64,000 nucleotides of DNA from Lama guanicoe. Its lineage: Eukaryota. This document shows, piece by piece, positions 1 through 13,767 of the stretch. A model generated the notes under the pieces. That model worked only from the letters and a program-made list of their open reading frames with translations. It did not search any database and was not told the DNA's origin. The position numbers and the translations under genes were made by a program. Numbering within the stretch: position 1 is the first letter of the stretch; each line of letters opens with the position of its first letter. The stretch spans positions 1,125,320 through 1,189,319 of the forward strand of contig MU053810.1 in the NCBI GenBank assembly GCA_013239625.1. Reading direction: 5' to 3'.

Positions 1-44
1 GGTCTTTGCCTAGAGGCAGCAATGTAAAGCAGTGTTTCAGTGCC

Positions 45-515
45 TGTATTTCCTATAGCTGCTGTAAGGAATTGTCATAAAATTAGTGTCTTTAAGCAAA
101 AGAAAGAAATTTTCTACCAATTCTGGAAGCTAAAGTCTGAAATCAGTATCCCTGGGCAAAAATCAAGATACTGGCATGGCCACTCCCCCAACAGAGGCTC
201 TAGAGGAGAATTTGTTCTTTGCTTCTTCTAATTCCTGGTGGCTACCAGTGTTCTTTGGTTGGTGGCCACATCACTCCGCTCTCTGCCTCCATGGTCGCAC
301 AGCCTCCTCTTCTTTGGTCTGTGCCAAATTTCCCTCTGCCTCACTCCCAGAAAGACACTTGTGACTGCATTTAGGATCCATGCAGATAATCCAGGATAAT
401 GGCCCAAATCAAGACGGTCAGTTTAATCACATCCACATAGCCTTTGCCATGTAAAGTAACAGATTTTTGCAGTTTCCAGGGATTAGGACCTGCTGTCTTT
501 GGGGACCATCATTTA
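45..515 (-). mobile_element. MLT1 (MaLR) solo LTR, MLT1D-like
   Basis: Reverse-complement MLT1 blocks: tgtatttcctatagctgctgtaa, ttctggaagctaaagtctgaaatc, ggctctagaggagaat, gataatccaggataat, ccagggattaggac. Confidence 0.85.
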
Positions 516-519
516 GTTT

Positions 520-670
520 AAGTTCTGAAGTCAAATAACACTATATTTAACTCTGATCTGGTATTCATTGGCTGTGTAGGTTTAGGTGATTGTGTAAGCT
601 TTCTGCATTTCAGTTTCTTCATCTGGAAAAAATGTCATAAGAATACATATCTCCTATGGTTATTGTCAAC
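520..670 (+). mobile_element. MIR SINE fragment
   Basis: MIR core gctgtgt...ttcagtttcttcatctggaaaa...ctcctatggttattgt. Confidence 0.7.
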
Positions 671-3409
671 CAGTGATCAAAGTAGATATTTCATAATGCA
701 ACACATGCTAGCCTTATGCTGTGATAGAAGATTGGGAGGATATATTGGATCAAACTGCAGAGAGCCTGAAGTGCTGTTCTAAGGAGCCTAATGTTGGTGG
801 AGGGGTGAGGGGTGGGGGAGTTAGGGCACACAGGGGCCATTTCAGATTCTTTGTGCAAATGAGCCAGAAGGTGATAGATGTGCATTGAGCATTAATTCTG
901 ATATCTGTGTATACAGACAGGATTGAGAAAGAAAGAAAGATAGCTGGAAGTAACAAAATTAGTTGCAGATTATTGAAGGAGTTTTATTGACATGAACTAG
1001 AGAGAAACAGTATTTCTGTAAAGACCTGTATGTCTCCCCTGGACCACAAGTTCAGGAGGGCAGCAGCAATGCCATTTTGCTTATCATGGGTGATGAGTGA
1101 TTGCCTCTCTAGGGTACCCAAGAAATATTTTCTGCTCCCTTTGTGACACATTCCAGCCCCAGTGCACCATGAATTACCATCAAGCATAAGGGGAAGAGGG
1201 TGGGTCTCTAAAATGACACAGAGAAATTCACAAAAATAAAGGATGCTGCTTAGAAAAGATGCAAACAAGTTATCACTCTAGAAAACGTAAAAGTAACTTG
1301 TTTCTGAGTTTGGCATCCTATCTTTGATGGCAGTGGAAAGTAGTGTGAAAAAATATTATGGGCAGAATATGTGTAGGAAATAATGTTATAGATCCCCAAA
1401 GCAATGCCATTATATTAAGGTTTAAGGGCACTGAGTGTTTATATTGAAATTAAGTCAAATGAGAACCTTGGTTAGAAGTTGATAGTGATAGTGTAGAACA
1501 AGTTTTTGTTTTTTTGGCTGCGATCGAGATGCCAGGCAGGAAATAGGATAATTTTAGCTTTTCTAAACATTCCTAGAATGTTTGTCAAGGAAACTATAAC
1601 TGCAGGTGGAGGGTAGGAGTGGTTGAGACGGAAAGAGAGAACCTTCCTTCTGACTTCAGGGTTATAATTTATTTCAGTAACACCCTGTAGCTATCCCCAC
1701 TTTCCAGATACTTAGCATTAACTCCACCAATTGAGTTTTCCACGTATACCCATCTGGGTTTATTATCTTTCTCAGCTAGGTTGTGAGTCTCATTCATTAG
1801 AACCCAGTTGCCTTAATATTTTTGATTTTGTGTCTTTCCTAAATCCTAGCACTAAGAACAGTGCTTTGAAAATGCTTCTTTTGAATTTACTTGATTAAGG
1901 GGCTTTCTGTTTACCTAAATTCATCTCTGACTGTAATCTGCATTCACACTTCTTAGATAATTTTATTCTAATGGAGACATTTCTTCATCTGCACCTGCTT
2001 GATTTAGTTCAACTTTCAGTTTGACGTTTTAAACTTCATTATAAACATCATTAGTTTAGTTTAATATTTTCAGTCACCTAGGATTACTGCAAAAATGAGT
2101 TTTTAAATTTCTGTCCACTTAAAAGAAATTTACTGAATTGAATTTAAACTTTCCTCTGGACTTTGAGATCCTGCAATAAATTGAACAAAAGTTACCAAAG
2201 TCTACATGAGGCTTAATAGAAAAACTATCATAAGCTTTAATAGAGCAAAAAACGAAAGCTCTGTCATGTCCTACATTTGTTGTGGATTCATTCAGTAGAC
2301 GTAAAAATATGAGGATGGAGGAGAGTGCATTTTCTTTTTGGCGTGAAGGGTTTTGCTTAAATGTGATGTTTCTGTTTGCATGTTAAAAAAAAGATACTTA
2401 TTTACAGGATGATATGACTTTAATGCAGCCATTCAGATATATCTGGCATTAAGAACATAAATTACTCCTCAGAGTTTATATGATATTCAAGTTCACCCAT
2501 AAACTATGGACAAAGGTGGTTCTTATTTAGCAGTCCTATCTGGCACAGACCTTTTCTCCAAAGAATTATTTGCATTGATCTTACAAAGTCTGTCTTTTAG
2601 AGCTGCGGTCGTAATGAAGTTCAAAATAATTCCTTAATCTCATGGGTTTTTTTTCCAGTAAATTTGCAGTTTAGAACAAAGTTCCTTCAAGTTCTTCCTG
2701 ACATCCCTATCCATGAAGAGTGGTTTTGCCTTAGTCATCAACGGGGGACGATCAGACCAAAAATAGCTTATTAAAAACTAGTTCACAACAATGTTTGCTT
2801 GTATTTTTGTTCTGTATTAATGGCCAAATAGCCAAAGGCTGGAAGCTTGAGGGGTGACATAAGAATATAGAATAACTATTTTTCTTTTCATACTCAAGTG
2901 AATTCATACAATCTCTCTCTATAGATTGGCTCCATAGTGTTCATTTTAAAAGTATCTGCCAATATATTTTAAATGTATTTATTTAAAAAAAAAAAGCATA
3001 GTTTTGTGCCTAATAGGTACTTAATGCCAGTGTGCTCACCAATTCATAGGCAATGTATTGGCTAATGGAAAGAAGTTATGTCAGCTCAGTGATATCTTCT
3101 TTAAATCACTTTTCTCTAGAAAATTTGATTTATCATTAATAAATTTTCAACAGAATAAAAAATGACATCTAATTTTATACTTAAAACCTACCGTTATTTT
3201 GTTATTTCAAAGAATATCTAAATAAGTAAGTGGAGGCTGTGTGCATGAATAAGGGGGAAATGCCAAGTTTATAAATTCATAAATTCTGACATTTATGTGG
3301 TATGTGTTCCTCAGCACATCCTCTTTGACTGCACAAAACGAACAGGGAGGTCTGATAAATGAGCAGTTGTAGGTTTTTCATACAGTGAAGCATCTTAGAA
3401 AGGAAAGCA

Positions 3410-3645
3410 ATACTAATTGAGTGTTGATTACATGCTAGGCGTTACGTGAATGCCATTCATACATAGTCACATTAAGTCCTCCCAGTGAACTTTCGAGGCT
3501 TGAGTAATTATCCCTGTTCTACGTGTCAGCAAACCAAGGTTTAACGATGTTGAGCAGCCTTCCTTCGTGCACACTGTTTAGTCAGCCTGAGAGCTAGAAA
3601 CTTGGAATCAAAATCTCACAGATGCTCAAATCTCTGCTCTTAAAC
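3410..3645 (-). mobile_element. MIR SINE
   Basis: Antisense MIR core: ttgagtgttgattacatgctaggc...attatccctgttctac...gcaaaccaaggtttaa. Confidence 0.65.
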
Positions 3646-3967
3646 CCTATCCTGCATCTTTTTGTGAATCTCCGTTGCTTAAAAATCAAGCATCTGACAC
3701 GATTTGATTGCGGTTTTGCACAGCAGGAGATGAAAAAGCAAAACTGGTACTCTATAAATAATTCTTAAAAAAAGAGAAAGAAAAGAAAGAGTGGAAGAAG
3801 GGTGAAGTGTGAGTGATGGCAACCTGGAGAGAGAACAGTAATCAAGGCATGTCCAGCGTCCAAACCCATTTTTGTCTGCCTTTTTTCTTAATGTCCAGAA
3901 CCCAAATGTGATTGATGTAAGCCAGCCAGGGTGACCTCATTTTGCTTTGCTGGGACTTGTTTCAGTC

Positions 3968-4152
3968 CAGTGGTTCTCAAGCACGCACCAGAGTCGTCTG
4001 GAGAGCTTGTTAAAACACAGGGATCTTGGGCTCACTCCAGAATTTCTGAGTGACTAGGTCTGGGGTAGAACCTGAGTATTTACATCTTTAACAAGTTCCC
4101 AGCTGCTGCTGCTCCTGCTGCTGGTCTGGGACCCACACTCTGAAGACCCATT
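3968..4152. mobile_element. MER5A (hAT-Charlie) non-autonomous DNA transposon
   Basis: cagtggttctcaa terminus; cttgttaaaacacag, taggtctggggtag, taacaagttcccag, ccacactctgaagaccca. Confidence 0.85.
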
Positions 4153-4469
4153 TGTTTAGTCCAGCTCTGATTCTTAAAATTGACAGCACGTTGAAATTAC
4201 CAGGAGACCCGGTTAAAACATACTGATACCCAGGTCTTACACAGCTAACCCAAAACATAACTGTCAGGGACTATTTCTTACCTTGTTTCTTATACAAGAA
4301 TGTCTCCAAAAATGAGTTTTTAACTTTGATTATTTTCCACCTTTATCAACATTCAACTGTCGCATTGAGAAATATGGACCATCAAGAGTGTGTATATATG
4401 TTCCCTGTGACTATAAGAAATCATTGATGTCAAAGGGGTAATGCAATCACTTTGGCTTTGTGTTTTCTT

Positions 4470-4935
4470 TTTAACATTTTTTTATTGAGTTATAGTCATT
4501 TTACAATGTTGTGTCAAATTCCAATGTAGAGCACAATTTTTCAGTTATACATGAACATACATATATTCATTGTCACTTTTTTTTTTGCTGTGAGCTACCA
4601 CAAGATCTTGTATATATTTCCCTATGCAATACAGTATAATCTTGTTTATCTTTTCTACATTTTGAAATCCCAGTCTGTCCCTTCCCACCCCCCGCCCCCT
4701 TGGCAACAAGTTTGTATTCTATGTCTATGAGTCTGTTTCTGTTTTGTATATATATTTTTAATTCCACATATGAGTGATCTCACATGGTGTTTTTCTTTCT
4801 CTTTCTGCCTTACTTCACTTAGATTGACATTCTTCAGGGACATCCATGTTGCTGCAAATGGCGTTATGTTGTCAGTTTTTATGGCTGAGTAGTATTCCAT
4901 TGTATAAATATACCTCTTCTTCTTTATCCAGTCAC
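4470..4935 (-). mobile_element. 5'-truncated young lineage-specific L1 (ORF2 C-terminus + 3'UTR) with target-site duplication
   Basis: Antisense ORF MEYYSAIK..ITPFAATWM is the L1 ORF2p end; T-rich tail on the left; TSD tggctttgtgttt at 4453-4465 and 4936-4948. Confidence 0.93.
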
Positions 4936-6769
4936 TGGCTTTGTGTTTCCTTGAGGCTCCAAATTGTATGGCTGTTCATCCTTCCCTGTTCATATTGGCA
5001 CACAGAACTCTTAGAATCAAAATTTTGATCCAATGTTACTGCCTCTGTGAAACATACAGAATGCATTTTGTGATCTAGACTCCGTTTAGTGTCTGAACTC
5101 TTCTTTTGTTCTTCCTTTACATCTATGGTAAGAACAAAATAAATACATATTTATTTGTATATGTGTGTATCTTTTAGTTTATAATGTTATGCTGTATCAT
5201 GTATTTTTGTGACTAGAAGTACATTTTGAGAACAAGGTGAGATTTAAAACATAATAAAAATTAAATTAAGGAAATGTAAGCAATGTTAATGATCTTATTA
5301 AAAATGCATTAGTTCTATGAACTTTGTTTTCATTGGAATAATTAATTATTTACTTATAATTGTTTTCATTTTTATAAAGTAATTCCATTTTCCTCATTAT
5401 TATTCAGCATAAAATAAACAGAGTTCTTAACTTTCTATAATCATAAGGTTAAAAGAGATTATATATACATGATTGTTTTAGGCAACTAAAATATTTAGAT
5501 ATTTTATTTATGGCATTACAGTATAAGTAATAGAGATTCTGGGATAATAAGGTTTAGGTTCAGATTCTAGATTTTTAAAACTGTATCATCATTGTTTTCA
5601 GATTTGTCTCTATATATCTGGTCAAATTTTATAAGAATGTAGTGACTTCATACAGAGAATCATAAATGTATACACTGTCTTCATAACATCATTTATGTTC
5701 CCTATGAAGTTTTACTTTTGAAGACATGTTATAATGCAATTTGAGAGATTTTTGCATATAGTTATGAGAAATACTTTATGCAAGTAACAGAAGGAGATAC
5801 AAGGAATTTATTTTATTTATTTATTTAAAAAATTATTTGGAGATGCAAGGATTTTAAAATTTAGGAATACAGTTAAGAAAACATTTTAAAACTAGGTATC
5901 ATTTAAAACAGACCATGAAGAAGATACAGTGTTATTTGGGCACAGAGGAAGGAGGCTTAATAGTGCAAAAAGAAAAGCATTGTGAGAACTATAATTTTTT
6001 GAGCTGGCTTTAAAGAGCTGCACAGAAATTCACCAAGCAAAGATAAAATAGCAGCTATACCCATCATGGTGCTGTAATAAACTTAGTAACCCAGAGTAAA
6101 TGATTGGCAGGGAAATGTTTGGTTTCCAAATTCAGTGCCTTCCTGGCTGGAAGAGTGATGTTACCAAAAACAGAAATGAAGATCTCATGAGAAGGAGATG
6201 ATTTGCAAGAAAACAGATAAGAAAGACAAGAAAGAAAATGATAACTGAGATGAAACATTCTACTTTACTGAGAAATGTAGAGTGTCATCAAGACTGTGTG
6301 TGTATGTAGTGGTGGTGGTGGAGGGTCACTGTGACTGTTGGAAATCACTGATGCCAAAGGAGTGATGCAATGAGTCAGTTAGTGAGAGAAGAACGTGACT
6401 CTTGAACCTCGAAGAGTATCTTCTTTGGGTGTGGTGGGACCAGATAAGGGAAAGAAAAGTACCCAGTATCTTGCAAAGAGACCGAGCTGCTTTGGCAGCA
6501 TGGGTAGCTGAGAAGTTAAGAAGTACAGTTACTCCCATGCTTGAATTGCAATGATTTGCTGCTAGACATTTGCCTTCCAGAAGTAAATATTACCTTCTCT
6601 GGAGGAAAATGCTATCTACAGCCTCAAATGATCTGTTTATTTCTAGGCACAATGTGTAAAAACACGTTACACCTAGAATTCAGTACTCAACAGGAAAAAA
6701 TCTTCAAAGATGAAGACAAAATAAAGATATTCATTTCCTTAACTTGGTCTTACCATGCGTTTTTTGGTT

Positions 6770-6912
6770 TGGTTTTGTTTCCAACTGTATTGAGATATAA
6801 GTGACAGGTAACATTGTATAAGCTTAAGTTGTATGGAGTAATGGATGTCATGATTCTTTGTGGGTATATATTGCAAAATTGACTACCAGAGTAAGGTTAG
6901 TTAATGCATAAT
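6770..6912 (-). mobile_element. L1 3' end fragment (L1MA-like)
   Basis: tattgagatataagtgaca..taacattgtataag..taaggttagttaa. Confidence 0.7.
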
Positions 6913-9494
6913 CATTAAGATCTTTTATTGTCTGGCTCAGGCTCCTTGTTTTAGCCTCATCATCATTAGCACACTCTGCCGTTCATCCAACAAATCTATT
7001 TATTCTCCAAATGTGACTCTGTTTTATGCCTTGGTACTTTCATTCAACAATCTCCATGCCATCCTTTCAAACTTAGATGAAAGTCAGTTCTTCTGGGAAA
7101 CTGTCCCTGGTCCCTCTCTCCAGTCTAATCCAAATCATCCTTCTTTGGGTATTAGCTGTATTATAGCATATGGCCCAAGTACCATCAATACTAATTTATT
7201 TGTCTCACTCCTAAATAATACTATAAGTATCTCAAGGGAAAGCGTGCTGATAGTTTAATTTAGTCAACAACATTGTACCAAGTGACTATGAGAAAAGAGG
7301 GATGATGAAAAGATAAGACAGCGAAATTGAAACATTCACTATTTGGACCAAAGGAGGAGTCCTTAAAAGGTAAAGAGAAGCTGACAGCAAAGCCAGAGGA
7401 GATTGGTGACAATAATAACATTTGGAGGATAAAATTAGTTCTCTTTTCTAAGCTGCAGTAGACAGAATTTTAGTGGTTTTATGGATTATTTCCCGATACG
7501 TTCTTAACTCATATGCACAGATATATTACTTTTATTAACTTTGGATATATTTTATCTGAGATGTATGCAGTTTCTTGTAAAAGAGAGGAAAGACACAGAA
7601 AAATATCTTGAGCTAGAATTTCTTTGGGGAAAGCACTAGCTTTAAAATGAAATTTTCTCATATTCTCTTTAAAGTAGGGATCTACATTTCCTGCCAAGGG
7701 TTACTTTTCAGTCTCTTTTAAATTAAATATAAAGTTTTCTAGCCAAACACAATTAGACTGTTGGCTAGGATGTCGTGAACTCAAAATAGTATTCTTGGAA
7801 AGCTTTTAGGGAGCTAATTAGAAAATGTGGATTTAAAAAACTAAATGATTTTTATTTTGTATTTTTAAATTATTAAATTTAGTAATTCTATTTTTATCTA
7901 CAAAATTTCTGAAACATAAATATGAACATCCAATAGTTCTAATCCATAGAATCAGCCTATTTCAAAGCTCAATGTGAAAGCAAAGACCATGTGAAGCTTT
8001 TTATGGAGTGGAAAAATCTGCTCCTAAATTATCCTGGCCTCGACCCATTCGCTGTGCATGTTCAAATCAGAAAAGATGTCCCTTTTAACAGTGCTTAACT
8101 GTTACAGCTTGTACATTTCCATCTCATTACCACCATTGCCTTGCTTTAGATTCCAGTTGTGACCGTCTGTATTCACATTATCAGAACAACTGAGCACCAG
8201 CCACAAGACACTGTGGTGGTGTTTGTTTATTTACATTTTCAAATACTTCTAACATGAACTGCCTTTTTTGTATATTTGGAATTTAGATTGCCCTTTCCAT
8301 CACTGACTAGTGATAACTGTAAATAACTGGTCACAGCGACTGCTGATGAGCAGGGCTGTAGCAAAATACAAAGGTCAGAGAATGATAATTCATGATCGTC
8401 CTTAACAGAGTATACAAGGCATTAAAGCACTGAGGTTGAACTCTGGTGGCAACGTGCAGGGAAGAAACGGCACAATGTGAATCCCCGCTTACAAGTGTGG
8501 TTGTGAGGATGTTAAGAACCAAATCCAAATTATGTGCTCTCTCAACAAATGCACCGACCTGTGGGTCGGCCCTCTGTGTAACACGGGAGAGTAGGTACTT
8601 TTAGACATCATAGCTGTTCCTAACTCATTCTTTATTACTAATTTAATCTTTAGTTTAATATAGTGTGGCTTTTTTTTTTTAAGTTGTGCAAAGGCAGACA
8701 TGTTTCATCTCAAGGCACCATAGCTTTTATTATCTTGCAAAGTATTCAAATACAGGAGTCATTTAAATTTGGAGCAGAGGACACCTGCTCAATGTTTTTC
8801 AGACCCTGGTCATGTTGAAGGAGTAAGAGTGTGACTGGAAAACCTGACTCATTTGCATACTCGTGAGTGTCCCTTACATCCGGCAAGCCTATTGCGTGTT
8901 ACTGTAGATGCCTTGTACGTTTCATTGCCCCTCTGCACCAGCAGGCTTATGCTGATTTTTGATTATAGAGAAAGCCAAGCTGCTTTTTAAAGGAAGGTAT
9001 CTCCGAGAAGTTCTCTCTCCATTACAGTTACTGCTTTATTGAGACCAAGTGCTATACTTCAGCCCACTTTCATTGCTCCTCTGACTTTCAATTCCTATAC
9101 TCCTACAAGCAAATTAACTGGCCAATAGATAGAAAGGTGGCTTGAGCATAGCTGGGCTTCTCAATCTTTTTCATGACATGGAACCTGTAGGAAATGATAG
9201 TATTGGTAAGATACACTGGGTAAGTTAGAGGGAATTTGAGGGTGTATTTTTATATAGGATGTTTAAGATAAAAAGTCTTTATATTTTCTTTATATAATTA
9301 TGGTAAGAGAAATAAAACAAAGTATTGGAAGATATTAAATACTGGGTTTGAATAGTGCTAATGCTTTTTTTTTTTTGCCTCCAAAGGTAGTAAGATCTTT
9401 AATTTGCTTCCTATTAAAATAAATCTTTTTTGCATTTTTAAATGATAAAATATATGTAATATAAAATGTTTTGTATATAACAAGCATTTCTTTC

Positions 9495-10050
9495 TCCCAT
9501 TCTTGACAACACTTATTTTCTCTTTTGTTTGTTTTGATAGTGGCCATCCTATGGGTGTGAAGTGATACCACATTGTGTTTTTGATTTGCATTTCCCTAAT
9601 GATGGTGACATTGACCATCTTTTTATGTGCTGATTGGTAATATGAATATCTGTTCAAGTCCTTGGATCACCTCGAATCGGGCTTTTGTTTTTTTTGTTGT
9701 TGTTGAGTTATAGGAGTTCTTTATATATTCTTGATATTAACCTGTTATCAGTGTATGATTTGCAAATATATTGTCAGGTTCTATGAGTTGACTTTTCACT
9801 CTGTTGATAGTGTCTGTTGATGCAAGAAAGCCTTAGCTTTGATGCAGTCCAGTTTACCTCTTTTTTCCTTTGTTGCCTTTGTTCTTGGTGTTCTGTCCAA
9901 GAAATAGTTGCCAAATCCACGGTCACGAGGCTTTTCCCCTAGGCCGCCTTCTGACAGTTTCAAAGCTCTTATGTTTACGGCTTTGATTTTGTTTAAGTTA
10001 ATATTTGCATATGATACAAGGGAAAGATGCAACTTCGCTGTTTTGCAAAT
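9495..10050 (-). mobile_element. L1 ORF2 C-terminal region (L1M)
   Basis: Antisense peptides [18 protein letters not shown] and GFGNYFLDRTPRTKATKEK. Confidence 0.9.
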
Positions 10051-10054
10051 GGGT

Positions 10055-10310
10055 ATCTTACTGATCTTTTGCCTGCTGTATGTGTTCATTTCTGATAAAG
10101 GGCTTTTGAAGTCTCTAACAATGATAGTGGGTTCATTTATTTCTCTTCTCATTTCTGTTAGTTTTTGCCTCACATAGTTGGATGCTCTGTTGATAGGCTC
10201 ATCTATATTGAGGATTTTTATGTTTTCTTGGACTACTGAATACCTTATCGTTATGTAATACCTTCTTTATCCCTGATAACTTTCTTTACTTTGATGTCTG
10301 TTCTGTCTGG
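10055..10310 (-). mobile_element. L1 ORF2 endonuclease-domain fragment abutting the previous element
   Basis: Antisense peptide MRQKLTEMRREINEPTIIVRDFKSPLSEMN resembles the L1 EN IIVGDFNTPLS motif. Confidence 0.88.
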
Positions 10311-10574
10311 AGCAAGTGAAATTTTTATTCACAAACACATGTGAATAAATTCTTCCGTTAATATGAGTCATTTCTGATAATTATGATGCATTTTTTAAAT
10401 TTAAACAATTATTTTAAAATTCTCAAAAATTTAAGTTATTCTCATTTGTTTTGAAAGCCAGGTCAAAAAATTTGATTAGGATGTATTTATCTAGTGAGCC
10501 TCGAAAACAATAATTAGTATTTTTCATTTCCTCCCTTAATAATTACTTAGCGAGTACTTACAGTGTGCCAGACT

Positions 10575-10575
<1 letters not shown>

Positions 10576-10616
<41 letters not shown>
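10576..10616. repeat. (GT)20 microsatellite
   Basis: Perfect dinucleotide run. Confidence 0.98.
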
Positions 10617-10617
<1 letters not shown>

Positions 10618-10727
10618 TTTTTATATTGATCAAGTACATTAGGGATGTGTGAGTTTTAATAATAAAAAAAGAATATAATGGGCAATTCATTGCATAACTT
10701 TTGAAGAACTTTTTACATCAAATTCTC

Positions 10728-10734
<7 letters not shown>

Positions 10735-10758
<24 letters not shown>
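10735..10758. repeat. (GT)12 microsatellite
   Basis: Perfect run with imperfect GTTT flanks. Confidence 0.95.
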
Positions 10759-11086
10759 TTGTGTTTAAATTGTACCCGTGAGGTTGTGCCTTACGTTTCT
10801 TAAATATACTTGACTAAGATTTTCAACCTGTACCTCTCCCAACCATTTTCTTCTTCTTTTCTTTCACTAAAACGTAGGTTCTACTTTCTACATATTACAT
10901 AATGGGAAATGAGGTGTTGTGATAACAACTGTCAAAAACTCTTTAATCTCATAGTCATTTTCTGCAGAGTGTTCATTTTAGGAAGAAGAATAGAGCTTGA
11001 GTATCTATTTTTCTAGGTATTCTTTTTGGATTAGCATCTTGATTTAGTAACTTGGAATTGTAAATACTGTTTTAACTGTTTAGTGT

Positions 11087-11285
11087 AAGTGGTTTTGAGC
11101 ATGGGGCCTCAAAATTTAGCACGTACCAGAATAAGCTGAGAATTTTGTTAAACAGATTGCTGAGTTCTGCCCCCAGAGTTCCTGATTCATCAAGTCTGAG
11201 ACAGGGCCCAAAAGGTGACATTTTAAACAAGTTTCCGGGTGACACTGGTATTGCTGGTTCAGACGCCATACTTAGAAGACAACTA
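11087..11285. mobile_element. MER5A-like DNA transposon
   Basis: ttgttaaacagattgctg...cccagagttcctgattca...taaacaagtttccgggtga...ccatacttagaagacaact. Confidence 0.82.
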
Positions 11286-12492
11286 ATTTAGAGTATAAAA
11301 CATGGGAGATGGATCTAAGTCCAGTCCTGGCTTCAGTATTTACCAAGGGAATCACCATTGGCAAATCATTTAATTTTAGTTATCCCAGGTGTGAAGTAGT
11401 AATGTCTGATCCTACCTTCTTAGGTTTGTGGGGAATACCAAATAGCAAACTATTACTTAATACTCCCTGATTTAAAAGCGTACTGATTTCAAGAAAAACT
11501 CCAATATTTTATACTTCTCAGAAGGTATTTATCTACTGATTCTTTGGCCTCATAAAGATACTTATTTTAAGGAGCCTTCTCAATTTATATTTTGGAGTTA
11601 GATGATCAAAAAAATACAGCTACTCTGTGTAATATCTTAGCGTTTTAAATGTATCAGTTGTTTTTAAAACATGTTTCTACTTGCCTCACAAAGAGTTATT
11701 CTCCAGTGAATGTCATACAATATTGAAACAGGAAACGTGGATGCTCCTAATTAAAATTGTTGGCTGTAACACCTTTGTTATTGAATTTTGAGTTGGTAAA
11801 ACCTCCAGGTGGTTATTTAAAATTTCAACAAGTGTTGTTTCTTAGTTCATTTTTGTTTCATAAGCCTAGGAAAGAGAAATCCAAAAGCAGTCCTTTTTGT
11901 AAGTCCTTTTTCAAAGGTGAGATGCCTTGCATTTGTAAAGGAGAATTTTGGTATGGAAAAGCAGATGTCTACTGCTTTCATTTAGCAACAGATTCAGGAA
12001 ATATTTACTGAGTACCAGAGTTTAAGCCCCTTTGCAAGGTGTTTTAGATACTGTAATAAATAAGTATATGCATTGATATGTTTATGATCTAGTGGGCATA
12101 TAGCTTCATATTCTTTGAATTAAAATTGATATGAAAAATGCATCTAAAGTGTTACATATAAAATGCTAGGGAATTCTTAGGTGAGGGAGTCATTTTGAAT
12201 CAAGGAATTTTGAGTCTGGGAATTTATGAAGGCTTGGAAATGAGAATCTATTTGAGATATGTTGTGGAGGGTAAATCAAAGTATTATAAAGACCAAGAGC
12301 AGAGGTTATAAGTGTGCCCAGAAGAAAGACCAGTGTAAGGGAGACAGAAAAGAATGATGTGTTCAAGTAACTGCATGAACACATACAATGGGTATAAATC
12401 TGTGTGTTTGAGTAAAGTAATATATGAAAGTTGAAGCCATATATTGTTAAAGAAAGTTATTTCCTAATAAGCTGAGACTTTTATTCATAGAA

Positions 12493-12711
12493 CAGTGGTG
12501 AGCAAACTGTGGCCTGTGGGCCGATTCTGGGCGATGCCGGTTTTTGTTAATACTGTTAGTAGGAACATGGCTATCATCATTCGTTTAAGCAGTCCATGGA
12601 TGCTTAAATGCTGCAAAGATGGAGAGGTGCATAGTTGTGACAGACTGTATGCCCCACAAAGCATAAAATGTTGACTCTATGGTCTTTGCAGAAAAAATTC
12701 TCTGACCTCAG
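12493..12711. mobile_element. MER58A-like DNA transposon
   Basis: gcaaactgtggcctgtgggccgattctgg...ttgtgacagactgtatgccccacaaagc...tttgcagaaaaaattctctgacc. Confidence 0.85.
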
Positions 12712-13660
12712 TTATTTCCCAGTGCAGTGTGAAAGGTCACTCTGTGGACTGTTAGTTACAGATACATGACAGTATAAAAAGAGCTTGTCCCAGAAAGCAA
12801 ATTAATTCACTGCTTCCTTTATCAAGAAAGTCTCACTATGGGAAAAAAAAACAACCCAGTAGACAGTGTGTGCAATGGATTGATGAGTATCTTACCGAGG
12901 CTTCTCATTTACTTGCAATCCAGTAACATAGAGTTTAGTTCCAGGACCGCACTGTGAGTCAGTAAAAGTATATTGAAAATTTCTAAGCAGGATGGTGGGA
13001 TCAGATGGGTATTATAAAGGACCAGTAAGTCAAATAGAACCTTCTCTTTCGTTTCTTCTGCAATACTACAGCAGAGAATAGAGGGTGTACGTGGGATTTT
13101 TAGAGTCAGACAGAGTTGGTTTGAAACCTTTAGGGGTTAGCTAGTAAGGGGATGTCTTGATACCCAAAAAGGGATGTTCCTTTTCTCTTAATTCATGTTC
13201 TAAAAATCCCACGCAAGAACTCTGAGTGTTCTGGCTGATTTAAGAAGCCTACTCCAGCAGTCGGTGGGTCAGAGAGCGGAGCTGATGGGAGGGGCAGGGA
13301 GCACTTCCTCATAGCAAGGGTGGTTCACCACAGACACCAGGGTGGTGCTATGGCAATTGCTGTAATAATGATACTATTGCACGCTTTGTATTTTCTGCTA
13401 CTCATGAAGTTAATAAAGGTCATGACAACGTTGAGTAGCTCACATCCCATCAGGTATGTTACAACAGCCTACAGAATCGTAATCAGTCAAGGGAGGTATC
13501 TCAACTCAGAGGATAAGCCTGAAGAGTGTGTCTCTCTTACTGTACATGCACAGAGTTAAAGGTCAGTTGATCTAATTAAAATATTTTAATTTGTCCATGC
13601 AAGGGTATTTTTTTCTTACTAATTTAATTAGGGTGAATACCCAAGAGATTCTCAAATAAG

Positions 13661-13767
13661 GTGGGGTAATGTCTATCTATTTATTTACTTATTAATGAAT
13701 GAATGAAGTTACTGGGGATTGAAGCCAGCACGCATACACTCTACCACAGAGCTATTACCACCCCCCC
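13661..13767 (-). mobile_element. Degenerate, internally deleted tRNA-derived SINE (Vic-1-like)
   Basis: tactggggattgaagccag (antisense B box) and ctctaccacagagcta..ccccc (antisense A box / 5' end). Confidence 0.7.

Noticed and set aside
8554..8569. ccgacc-tgtg-ggtcgg hairpin as a structured RNA
   Set aside because: Only a 6-bp stem, expected by chance in 64 kb.
9796..10173. 125-aa minus-strand ORF as a novel fusion protein
   Set aside because: Chance in-frame junction of an L1 endonuclease fragment and an L1 ORF2 C-terminal fragment.
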